This document shows, piece after piece, positions 24,826-32,000 of a DNA stretch of 32,000 nt. Source of the DNA: Xanthomonas campestris pv. campestris str. ATCC 33913 (lineage in GTDB: Bacteria > Pseudomonadota > Gammaproteobacteria > Xanthomonadales > Xanthomonadaceae); NCBI RefSeq assembly GCF_000007145.1, contig NC_003902.1, forward strand, positions 2,336,497 through 2,368,496, in the 5' to 3' direction. Within the stretch, counting starts at the first letter, position 1, and every line of letters starts with the position of its first letter. The position numbers and the translations under genes are program-made. The notes under the pieces are model-generated. The model worked only from the letters and a program-made list of their open reading frames with translations, was not told the origin of the DNA and did not search any database.

Positions 24826-26124
24826 TCATGCGGCCAGCTCCGCCGATGCGAACACGGCGGCCTGCTCGGCACGCAGTTGATCGATCAGGCGGTGCTGCGG
24901 CAGCTGGACGTCGTCGTAGGTGAGTACCTGGTCCTTGGTCACCGCATGCCGCAGCACGCAGCCTTCGGCCACGCCCATCGGCAGCAAGCGCGCGCGCGCG
25001 GTGACATCGGCGCGCTCGCATTGGCCGTAGCTCATGTAGCCACCCAGGCCATCGATGGTTTCGCCCGCGGCCAGATCGCGCTTGGCAGTGGCGATCACAT
25101 CCACCAGCGGCGCGCCCAGCGGTTGCAGCACGGCATCGCCCAGCAGCACCACACGCGACACCGACAGCGGCACTTCGAAATGGCACAGGTGATACGGCGT
25201 GTAGAAGCTGTACAGCGGGCCTTCGCCGAGTTTGTAGAGGTTGAGGTAATGCCGCTGCTTGGGGTCGTCGTGCGTGGCCAGCACAAACACGCCGGGCGAG
25301 GGCAGGGCGCCCACCACGTAATCCACCGCACCGCACACCGCGCGCAGTGCATCGATGTCGTAGCGCTGGGTCAGCTGATCGACGTGGCCGTGGTGTTCAT
25401 AACCGGTCATGCCACGCTGCAGGATCGACATGCCGGTGCCATTGGCCACGATCGCCTGCTCGAAGCTGATCTTGGTGCCATCGGCAAAGCTGGTGACCAT
25501 GTGCGGGTCCTGGCCCCACTTGGCCGCAAATCCGGCCTGGGTGGTAGGCGTGCGATACGGGTCCTGCAGGCCCTTGATGTTGCCGCACAGCAGCGGCGTG
25601 AGCCCGATCGAGCGCACGAAGCGGTACAGATTCATCTGCACACCGGGCTGATCGCCATCGCAGGCGCTGAAGATCACGCCCGCCGCGTCGGCCTTGCGCT
25701 TGAGCAGCGGGCCCACGGTGCCATCGAGCTCGGCATTCATGGTGACCATGTGGCGGCCGTTGGCGATGGCGCCCAGGCTGATCCGCGCGCCGTAGTCGAT
25801 GGCGCCGGTGGCATCGATCAGGCAATCCAGCGCATCGCAGCCATACAGCAGCGCGGGGTCGTCGGTGACGGCCGGTGTGCCGGCGGCGATCTGCCGCGAC
25901 AATGCGGCCGCATCGTCCACGCGGATGGCTTGCTGGCCGGCCTGGCGGTAGGCCTCGATCGCCTTATCGACACTGCGGTTGCAGATCACCGCCACGCGCA
26001 TGCCGGGCACGGCGTGGGCGATCTGGTTGACGATGCCGCGCGCCATGAATCCTGCACCGTAAAGCCCAACACGCAGCGGGCGGCCTTCGGCAGCACGCGC
26101 CTGCAATAACCGATCGACGCTCAT
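24826..26124 (-). CDS. NAD(P)-dependent oxidoreductase, homoserine-dehydrogenase-like with C-terminal SAF-type domain
   Basis: Rossmann N-terminus VGLYGAGFMARG. Central GDQPG region. The C-terminal segment (DLAAGETIDGLGGYMSYG...VLTYDDV) resembles SAF domains. Its start overlaps the upstream stop (ATGA at 26121-26124). Confidence 0.7.
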   Translation of the reverse strand: MSVDRLLQARAAEGRPLRVGLYGAGFMARGIVNQIAHAVPGMRVAVICNRSVDKAIEAYRQAGQQAIRVDDAAALSRQIAAGTPAVTDDPALLYGCDALDCLIDATGAIDYGARISLGAIANGRHMVTMNAELDGTVGPLLKRKADAAGVIFSACDGDQPGVQMNLYRFVRSIGLTPLLCGNIKGLQDPYRTPTTQAGFAAKWGQDPHMVTSFADGTKISFEQAIVANGTGMSILQRGMTGYEHHGHVDQLTQRYDIDALRAVCGAVDYVVGALPSPGVFVLATHDDPKQRHYLNLYKLGEGPLYSFYTPYHLCHFEVPLSVSRVVLLGDAVLQPLGAPLVDVIATAKRDLAAGETIDGLGGYMSYGQCERADVTARARLLPMGVAEGCVLRHAVTKDQVLTYDDVQLPQHRLIDQLRAEQAAVFASAELAA

Positions 26125-26702
26125 GCGCGCTCCTGTTGAGTCAGCCCGGTCAGTTGGGTCACGCCATGCACCTGCTCATTGAACTCCGGCCAGGCGGCGT
26201 CCTTGTCGGACACCAATGCGGGCGTGCACGGCCAGCGGATGCCAATGCGCGCATCGTCCCAGCGCAGTCCGCGTTCGGCAGCCGGCGTATACATCGCACT
26301 GGCGAAATACAGCGCTTCGGTCTGCGCCTGCAGCGTGATGAAGCCATGCGCAAACCCGCGCGGCACATACAGTGCCAGGCGGTTGTCGGCAGTGAGTTCG
26401 ACCCCGTACCACTGCAGGTAGGTGGGCGAATCCGGGCGCAGGTCGACAATGGCATCCCACAGCGCGCCGCGGATGCAGCGCACGATCTTGACCTCCGGCG
26501 CGGGCGGCAGCTGATAGTGCATGCCGCGCAAGGTGCCGGCCTCTGCGTTGAAGGAATTGTTGACCTGCACGAACTGGTCCACCAGCCCGGCCTGCGCCAT
26601 CTCCTGGGTACAGAACACCCGCGCAAACCATCCACGCGCATCGCCTCGCGGTTCGGGCTCGATGATGAAGGCGCCAGACAACGGCGTGGGGCGAAAGATC
26701 AT
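26121..26702 (-). CDS. RmlC-like cupin, NDP-4-keto-sugar 3,5-epimerase family
   Basis: Motifs DARGWF, LRGMHYQ, K(I)VRCIRGALWDAIVDLR, PRGFAHGF. Confidence 0.85.
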   Translation of the reverse strand: MIFRPTPLSGAFIIEPEPRGDARGWFARVFCTQEMAQAGLVDQFVQVNNSFNAEAGTLRGMHYQLPPAPEVKIVRCIRGALWDAIVDLRPDSPTYLQWYGVELTADNRLALYVPRGFAHGFITLQAQTEALYFASAMYTPAAERGLRWDDARIGIRWPCTPALVSDKDAAWPEFNEQVHGVTQLTGLTQQERA

Positions 26703-27748
26703 GCCGCCGCCCTCAAGTCGGCCGCGAGTGCGCCGCTGTCCACCAGCTGCTGCAGGATGCGCAGGCGGATGAAATCCGAACTTTGGCGGAAGTCACCATC
26801 GGCAAAGCCTGCGCGCAGCAGGTCATCGCGCAATTCGGTAATGGTGGACTGCAGTGTCTGCTGTGGCTGGTGCTGTGGCGCCAGGCGCTGGAACAGCGAA
26901 AAATCCACGCGATACGAGCGGTTGTCGGCCGGTGCGGTGGTGGAGATGGACACCGTGGCCGATGGCATCGCCGCGCCCACTGCCTGCGCGAGATCGCGGA
27001 TCTGCACATTCCACTGCTCGGCGCCGGCGTTGACGGCCAGAAAGCGCCCGCCCGCCAGTGGGGTGCGGCCCAGCGCCCAGTCGATCGCGCGCGCCATGTC
27101 GCGTACATGGATCAACGGCCGCCAGGGCGAACCATCCGACAACACTTCCACCGTGCCATTGGCCACCGCGCTGGCAACAAAATCGTTGAGCACCAGGTCC
27201 AGCCGCAAGCGTGGCGATGCACCGCAGGCGGTGGCAAACCGCAGGCAGGTGATCACCATGTCGGTCTCCAGCTGGGCCAGGGCGCGCTCGGTGTCGATCT
27301 TGGAATGTGCGTAGGCGGTAAGCGGCGCCACTGCGCTGCTTTCCGATCGCGGTGTGCCGTCTGCGGCGGCGCCATACACGCTGCAACTGGAGGCGAACAC
27401 GAAGTGTTTGACGCCGGCCTGCGCGGCGGCCTGCGCTACCGCGACACTGGCGCGGCAATTGATGGCATCGGTGACCTGCTCGAAGCGCTTGCCCATGGCG
27501 TCGTTGGAGATCGCCGCCAGATGCACCACGCCATCGAAGCCACTCAACTGCTGCGCGGTTAGATCACGCACGTCGCCAAACCATTGTTGATCGAGCACCA
27601 CCTCGGGCAGCTGGCGCGGGTCGGACAGGCAATGCGCAAACCAGCCGCGATCCAGGCCCACCAGCCACGCGTCCGGGTACTGCTGCCGCAGGTGTCGTGC
27701 TACCACCGGGCCGATATAGCCCATGTTGCCGGTGATCAAGATGCGCAT
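26699..27748 (-). CDS. extended-SDR NAD-dependent epimerase/reductase-type enzyme
   Basis: ILITGNMGYIG Rossmann motif. Catalytic SSCSVYG and YAHSK. It lacks the TDEVYG-type Asp-Glu pair of NDP-hexose 4,6-dehydratases. A 4-nt overlap links it to the downstream gene. Confidence 0.85.
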   Translation of the reverse strand: MRILITGNMGYIGPVVARHLRQQYPDAWLVGLDRGWFAHCLSDPRQLPEVVLDQQWFGDVRDLTAQQLSGFDGVVHLAAISNDAMGKRFEQVTDAINCRASVAVAQAAAQAGVKHFVFASSCSVYGAAADGTPRSESSAVAPLTAYAHSKIDTERALAQLETDMVITCLRFATACGASPRLRLDLVLNDFVASAVANGTVEVLSDGSPWRPLIHVRDMARAIDWALGRTPLAGGRFLAVNAGAEQWNVQIRDLAQAVGAAMPSATVSISTTAPADNRSYRVDFSLFQRLAPQHQPQQTLQSTITELRDDLLRAGFADGDFRQSSDFIRLRILQQLVDSGALAADLRAAA

Positions 27749-27752
27749 GTAT

Positions 27753-28526
27753 TTACTCCCAGACGCGCCAGGGCGCCCGATTGGATGACCAGAGGGTTTC
27801 GAGATAATTGCGGTCGCGCAGGGTGTCCATCGGCTGCCAGAAGCCCTCGTGCCGGTACACGCTCAGTTCGCCGCGGTCGACCAGGGTTTCCAGCGGGCTG
27901 TTCTCCCACACCGTGGCATCACCTTCGATCACGTCGATGACGCGCGGGTCGAGCACGAAGAAACCGCCGTTGATCAGGCCATCGCCATCGAGCGGCTTTT
28001 CGCGGAAGCCGGTGACCTGTTCGCCTTCCACGCGCAGCGCCCCGAACCGGCCCGGCGGTTGCACCGCGCTCACCGTCGCCAAACGGCCTTCGCGCCGATG
28101 CAGCGCGATGGCGGCGCCAATATCGATGTCGGCCACGCCATCGCCGTAGGTCATGCAAAAGGCGTCATCGCCGTGCAGGTGCTCGCGTACACGGCGTAGG
28201 CGGCCGCCGGTCATGGTCTGCGCACCGGTGTCCACCAGCGTCACCCGCCACGGTTCGGCGCGGGTGTTGTGCAAGGTGGTGGTGTTGCTGCCCAGATCGC
28301 AGGTCACATCCGATTCGCGCATGTGGTAATTCATGAAGAAATCCTTGATCACCTCACCGCGATATCCCAGGCACACCACGAACTCGTTGATGCCGTGATA
28401 CGCATAGATTTTCATGATGTGCCAGAGGATCGGCTTGCCGCCGATCTCCACCATGGGCTTGGGGCGAATGGCGGTCTCCTCGGAGATGCGCGTCCCCAGG
28501 CCGCCAGCCAGAATCACTGCCTTCAT
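27753..28526 (-). CDS. rfbF: glucose-1-phosphate cytidylyltransferase
   Basis: MKAVILAGGLGTRISEETAIRPKPMVEIGGKPILWHIMKIY... is near-canonical RfbF. 257 aa. Confidence 0.9.
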   Translation of the reverse strand: MKAVILAGGLGTRISEETAIRPKPMVEIGGKPILWHIMKIYAYHGINEFVVCLGYRGEVIKDFFMNYHMRESDVTCDLGSNTTTLHNTRAEPWRVTLVDTGAQTMTGGRLRRVREHLHGDDAFCMTYGDGVADIDIGAAIALHRREGRLATVSAVQPPGRFGALRVEGEQVTGFREKPLDGDGLINGGFFVLDPRVIDVIEGDATVWENSPLETLVDRGELSVYRHEGFWQPMDTLRDRNYLETLWSSNRAPWRVWE

Positions 28527-28580
28527 CTGCCTATCCTTCGGGCTGTCGCGCCGGTGGTGCTGGCGCTGTATGGGTGACTG

Positions 28581-29765
28581 TCAGGCGCTGACGCTGTGGG
28601 CGATGGACGGAGACACGGCAGTCTGCTCGGCCATGGTGGCCAGCGTGTCGAGCATCGCCATGCGCTCTGCCATCAATGTGGGCCGCGGCAGGTCCAGGGT
28701 CTGCAGGATCTGCGCCCAGCGGTGCGCCCAATCGTGCCGGCGCAGGCTGTGCACGGTGTTGTGCAGGCGCGCGCGTGCCAGCCGCTCCGGCTGCTGTTCG
28801 AGCGCGCGCAGGAACCCGCCAATATCGTCCAGGTCTGCCGGCAGTTCGATCACCGCATCGTCCCAGTCAAAGCACTGTGCGAACTCGGGGCAACGCTGCT
28901 CGGAGCCAACGATCACCGCACCACCGGCGGCGCCTTCGAAATAGCGGGTGGCCAGGGCTTGCTTCCTGACGCCCTTGAAGAAGCCCTTGTTGTCCACCAC
29001 GAAGTCGTGGGCCATGAAGAACTTGGCACGCTTGATCAACGCCGCCGACTGCAGGCGGTGGGCAGGCCAGTGCGTTACGGCACCGCCACGCACCACATCG
29101 TGCAGGTAGAAGAATTCCGGGTGCGCCTGCGCATGCGCCAACAACTTGTCGTGCACGTCTGGCTTGCGGCGGCCGATGCTCACCACATCGATGCAGCGCT
29201 GTTGCGGATGCGGCATCGGCGTGGCCAGCAACACATCGCAGGCGCTGGGCAAAAACGACACCGGCGTGCGCGTGTACGCGCGCAACGGCTCCACGCAACT
29301 GGCATTGAGTACAAACACGTGATCGAACCCATCCAGCAGGCGCAACTCGGACCTTTGCGATTCCAGTTGCTCGGGCCAGGTTTCCAGCAAATAGGCCACG
29401 CGCGTGCGGCAGCGTTCTTGCCAGTGCCCAATGCGGCTGAGCGTGCTCAACTCTCGAGGAAACTGGCATACGTAGAAAAACAGATCGTAATCGCGCTCAA
29501 CCTCGCACCGTTGCGCATTGGATGCGGCCGGTTGGCCGCGCAAGCGGCGCAGCGCGGATACGCCGCGGTAGCTGAGCTCGTTGAGCAGATAGGACACACT
29601 CGGGTTGACGCCGCGCCCGCTGGCATACGCGGCCGCAGGCGGACACACCACATCGGCATGCTCCAGGCTGCGCACCACATTGAGAAACGCATAGGCTTGC
29701 CCATTAAACGCTTCGGGCCATGCCTCATAGTTCGAGGACAGCAGCACTGACCGGGCCGCAGGCAT
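28581..29765 (-). CDS. putative glycosyltransferase (CgeB-like / GT1-type C-terminal domain)
   Basis: 394 aa soluble protein. The C-terminal ALATRYFEGAAGGAVIVG resembles the R-x-FE motif of Glyco_trans_1_2-type domains. First gene of the operon. Confidence 0.55.
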   Translation of the reverse strand: MPAARSVLLSSNYEAWPEAFNGQAYAFLNVVRSLEHADVVCPPAAAYASGRGVNPSVSYLLNELSYRGVSALRRLRGQPAASNAQRCEVERDYDLFFYVCQFPRELSTLSRIGHWQERCRTRVAYLLETWPEQLESQRSELRLLDGFDHVFVLNASCVEPLRAYTRTPVSFLPSACDVLLATPMPHPQQRCIDVVSIGRRKPDVHDKLLAHAQAHPEFFYLHDVVRGGAVTHWPAHRLQSAALIKRAKFFMAHDFVVDNKGFFKGVRKQALATRYFEGAAGGAVIVGSEQRCPEFAQCFDWDDAVIELPADLDDIGGFLRALEQQPERLARARLHNTVHSLRRHDWAHRWAQILQTLDLPRPTLMAERMAMLDTLATMAEQTAVSPSIAHSVSA

Positions 29766-30010
29766 TGCAACTCCTTGACGCCAACGCTTCTCCGGACCGA
29801 TCCGCAGCGAACGCTACGGCCGGGTGGGGTGGAGCAACGCACGTCGACAAAAGTTAGATAAAAGTTTGTTGGCCCTAGACAACCGTGAATCATTGGCTAA
29901 CGGAGCCTAAATATAGAAAATCTCCGTAAGCGAACAGTGATACCAGTCGCGACAATGCGTGACGATCTGGTGTGCGTTTACACTTGCGCGGTCTCGAACT
30001 GGACGAACGT

Positions 30011-31186
30011 ATGCACGACGTGGATTGCATCGTGGTGGGCGCCGGCGTTGTAGGACTTGCCATTGCACGACAGCTTGCGATGCAGGGAAACGAGGTGTTG
30101 ATACTCGAAGCCGCATCGGCCATTGGCACCGGCACCAGTGCGCGCAACAGCGAAGTCATACACGCCGGGGTGTATTACCCGCCCGGATCGTTGAAGGCGG
30201 AGCTGTGTGTTCGCGGCAACGCATTGCTGTATGCATATTGCCGCCAACGCAATGTGCCGCATCAACGCTGCGGCAAGTTGATCATTGCTTGCGATCAGGC
30301 GCAGACCGCGCAGCTGGAGGCGTTGCAGCGCAATGCAACCGACAGCGCCGCACCCGGTGTGGTGCCATTGAGTAGTGCACAGATGCAGGCGCGCGCACCT
30401 GCGCTGCGCTGCGTGGCTGCGCTGGAATCCACCACCACCGGCATTATCGATAGCCATGCATTGATGCTGGCCTTGCAGGGCGATGCCGAGCGACATGGCG
30501 CCACGCTGGCGTTACGCGCGCCGGTGCAGTCGATCGAACCGCTGGTTGCCGGCTTCCGCATCTGCACGGCGGGCGGCGACGCGATGGGGTTGACGTGCCG
30601 CTGGTTGATCAACGCTGCCGGTCACGGTGCGCCGGCGTTGGCCGCATGCACCGAAGGCCTGCCAGCCACTGCGCGCGTGCGCGCGCACTATGCGAAGGGC
30701 AGTTACTTCACTTTGGCCGGGCGGTCGCCGTTTCATAAATTGGTGTATCCGTTGCCCGAGCCAGGTGGCCTGGGTGTGCACCTGACGCTCGATCTACAGG
30801 GGCGTGCACGCTTCGGCCCCGATGTGGAGTGGGTGGCGCAGCCCGACTATCACTGCGAGCCGGCGCGCGCCGAGCATTTCTATGCGGCAATCCGCCGTTA
30901 CTGGCCAGCGCTGCCCGATGGCGCACTGCAACCGGGCTACTGCGGTGTGCGCCCGAAGATCAGCGGCCCCGGCGAGCCGGCCGCCGACTTCCGGATCGAT
31001 GGGCCCGCGCTGCACGGCATGGCCGGGCTGGTGAACCTGTTCGGCATCGAGTCGCCTGGCCTGACCGCTTGCCTGAGCATTGCCGAGCATGTGGCAGCGC
31101 TGCTGGGTGATGAGGCGCGGGCCGCCGCCCATGCAGGGGCTTCCAGTCAAGGTGATTCTGCGCAGGGAGGTGCCGCATGTTCCTGA
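30011..31186 (+). CDS. FAD-dependent oxidoreductase, L-2-hydroxyglutarate oxidase (LhgO/YgaF)-like
   Basis: ORF trimmed to ATG 30011. [12 protein letters not shown] dinucleotide motif and [22 protein letters not shown], which closely resembles LhgO. Confidence 0.8.
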   Translation: MHDVDCIVVGAGVVGLAIARQLAMQGNEVLILEAASAIGTGTSARNSEVIHAGVYYPPGSLKAELCVRGNALLYAYCRQRNVPHQRCGKLIIACDQAQTAQLEALQRNATDSAAPGVVPLSSAQMQARAPALRCVAALESTTTGIIDSHALMLALQGDAERHGATLALRAPVQSIEPLVAGFRICTAGGDAMGLTCRWLINAAGHGAPALAACTEGLPATARVRAHYAKGSYFTLAGRSPFHKLVYPLPEPGGLGVHLTLDLQGRARFGPDVEWVAQPDYHCEPARAEHFYAAIRRYWPALPDGALQPGYCGVRPKISGPGEPAADFRIDGPALHGMAGLVNLFGIESPGLTACLSIAEHVAALLGDEARAAAHAGASSQGDSAQGGAACS

Positions 31187-31485
31187 TCCAGGTGCTGCTG
31201 CCGCTCGCCGACAACAATGGCGTGCGGTTTGAGCAGGCAATGTTCGACGAGGTCCATCACCACCTGGCCATGCGGTTTGGTGGCATCACTGCCTACACCC
31301 GGGCACCGGTGCATGGCGCGTGGCAGGAGCAGGGCGCGCAGCTGGTGCACGACGACCTGGTGATCTACGAAGTCATGGCCGATGACCTGGATCGCGGCTG
31401 GTGGCGCAGCTACCGCGCGGAGTTGGAGCAGCGCTTCCGCCAGGAACAGCTGATCGTGCGCGCGCAGGAGATCACCCTGCTCTGA
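31177..31485 (+). CDS. hypothetical protein (102 aa), translationally coupled to upstream oxidoreductase
   Basis: ATG 31177 is preceded by AGGGAGG and overlaps the upstream gene by 10 nt. GC3-rich codons. No family recognised. Confidence 0.6.
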   Translation: MFLIQVLLPLADNNGVRFEQAMFDEVHHHLAMRFGGITAYTRAPVHGAWQEQGAQLVHDDLVIYEVMADDLDRGWWRSYRAELEQRFRQEQLIVRAQEITLL

Positions 31486-31549
31486 GCGGTGCGGATCGGC
31501 GCGTGCGTGGTAGCGCTATCCCTTTAGGGTCGGGCCGCGTGAAAGCGGG

Positions 31550-31566
31550 TGTGCAACTTTTGCACA
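31550..31566. promoter_or_regulatory. perfect palindrome, candidate enhancer-binding-protein site (UAS)
   Basis: TGTGCAA-CTT-TTGCACA, centred about 75 nt upstream of the sigma-54 element at 31630. Confidence 0.35.
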
Positions 31567-31629
31567 GCGAGCGCAGCCGTTTTTGCCTGCATTGGTCGTC
31601 GCCACACCGAAATGCGTGGGTTTGAGGGT

Positions 31630-31645
31630 TGGCACGATAGTTGCG
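31630..31645 (+). promoter_or_regulatory. sigma-54 (-24/-12) promoter upstream of the KGG stress protein gene
   Basis: TGGCACGATAGTTGCG is an exact fit to TGGCACG-N4-TTGC. It lies about 50 nt upstream of GTG 31697. Confidence 0.6.
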
Positions 31646-31696
31646 GTACCTCCTATACCCAGTGACGTAGTCATCGACGCATCGAGAGGAGGCACA

Positions 31697-31954
31697 GTGG
31701 AGGACGGACAGAACGCAACTCGCAGCCGGCGCGGTTTTGCCGCATTGGATCCGGAGAAGCGCCGATTGTTGGCGAGCAGTGGTGGCAAGGCGGCGCATGC
31801 CAGTGGCAATGCGCACGAATTTACTAGCGACGAAGCGCGCGAAGCAGGCCGAAAGGGTGGCCAGGCCGTGAGTCGTGATCGTGACCATATGTCGCGTATC
31901 GGCAGCAAGGGCGGTCGTTCCAAGCAGGCCAAGCCCCAGGAAGAATCCGCATAA
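31697..31954 (+). CDS. KGG-repeat stress-induced protein (YciG/con-10-like)
   Basis: ORF 31583..31954 trimmed to GTG 31697, preceded by AGGAGG (31687-31692). Repeats: SSGGKAAH, EAGRKGGQA, IGSKGGRS. Confidence 0.75.
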   Translation: MEDGQNATRSRRGFAALDPEKRRLLASSGGKAAHASGNAHEFTSDEAREAGRKGGQAVSRDRDHMSRIGSKGGRSKQAKPQEESA

Positions 31955-31957
31955 GTC

Positions 31958-31985
31958 ACCCGGCACGCAGCAATGCGTGCCGGGT
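31958..31985 (+). terminator. terminator-like hairpin after the KGG gene
   Basis: ACCCGGCACGCA-GCAA-TGCGTGCCGGGT forms a 12-bp perfect stem, followed by CCTTGTGT (a weak U tract). Confidence 0.55.
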
Positions 31986-32000
31986 CCTTGTGTCAGCAAT

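Noticed and set aside
24796-29750. Plus-strand ORFs 24796..26109, 26136..27314 and 28596..29750, opposite the sugar operon
   Set aside because: All are antisense to genes with clear enzyme motifs, and their translations are His/Arg/Gly/Ala-rich without motifs.

Overview
High-GC (roughly 65%) gammaproteobacterial chromosome. Gene content looks Xanthomonas-like, but that is inference only. I found no rRNA, tRNA, CRISPR array, IS element or integrase. Almost every long ORF antisense to a called gene is a GC-rich artefact (Arg/Ala/Gly/Pro-rich). Layout: (1) 0.2-10.5 kb holds housekeeping and stress-type genes: a TonB-dependent receptor, an SDR, a CYP152-type P450, a DUF4142/SRPBCC/Zn-ADH operon, a DUF1264-like lipoprotein, exonuclease III with a Lys/Ala-rich tail, and a SemiSWEET-like 3-TM protein. 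(2) 10.7-23.7 kb is a self-contained assimilatory nitrate/nitrite cluster. It carries moeA, mobA and a small unknown ORF, then a CysG-like siroheme gene on the opposite strand, then nasT-nasS (ANTAR antiterminator plus cytoplasmic NrtA-like sensor). A sigma-54 promoter follows, then a leader with three AACGGC hexaloop hairpins and a strong intrinsic terminator, then narK-nirB-nirD-nasA-cobA. (3) 23.7-29.8 kb is a six-gene minus-strand sugar operon with tight or overlapping junctions: a CgeB-like glycosyltransferase, rfbF, an extended SDR, an RmlC-like cupin, a SAF-domain oxidoreductase and an AT3 acyltransferase. It lacks a recognisable CDP-glucose 4,6-dehydratase and starts from a locally AT-rich region. 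This is my best candidate for an uncharacterised system. (4) 30-32 kb holds an LhgO-like FAD oxidoreductase with an overlapping small ORF, and a KGG-repeat stress protein preceded by a second exact sigma-54 promoter and an upstream palindrome. All family calls come from motif recognition by eye; no database search was run.
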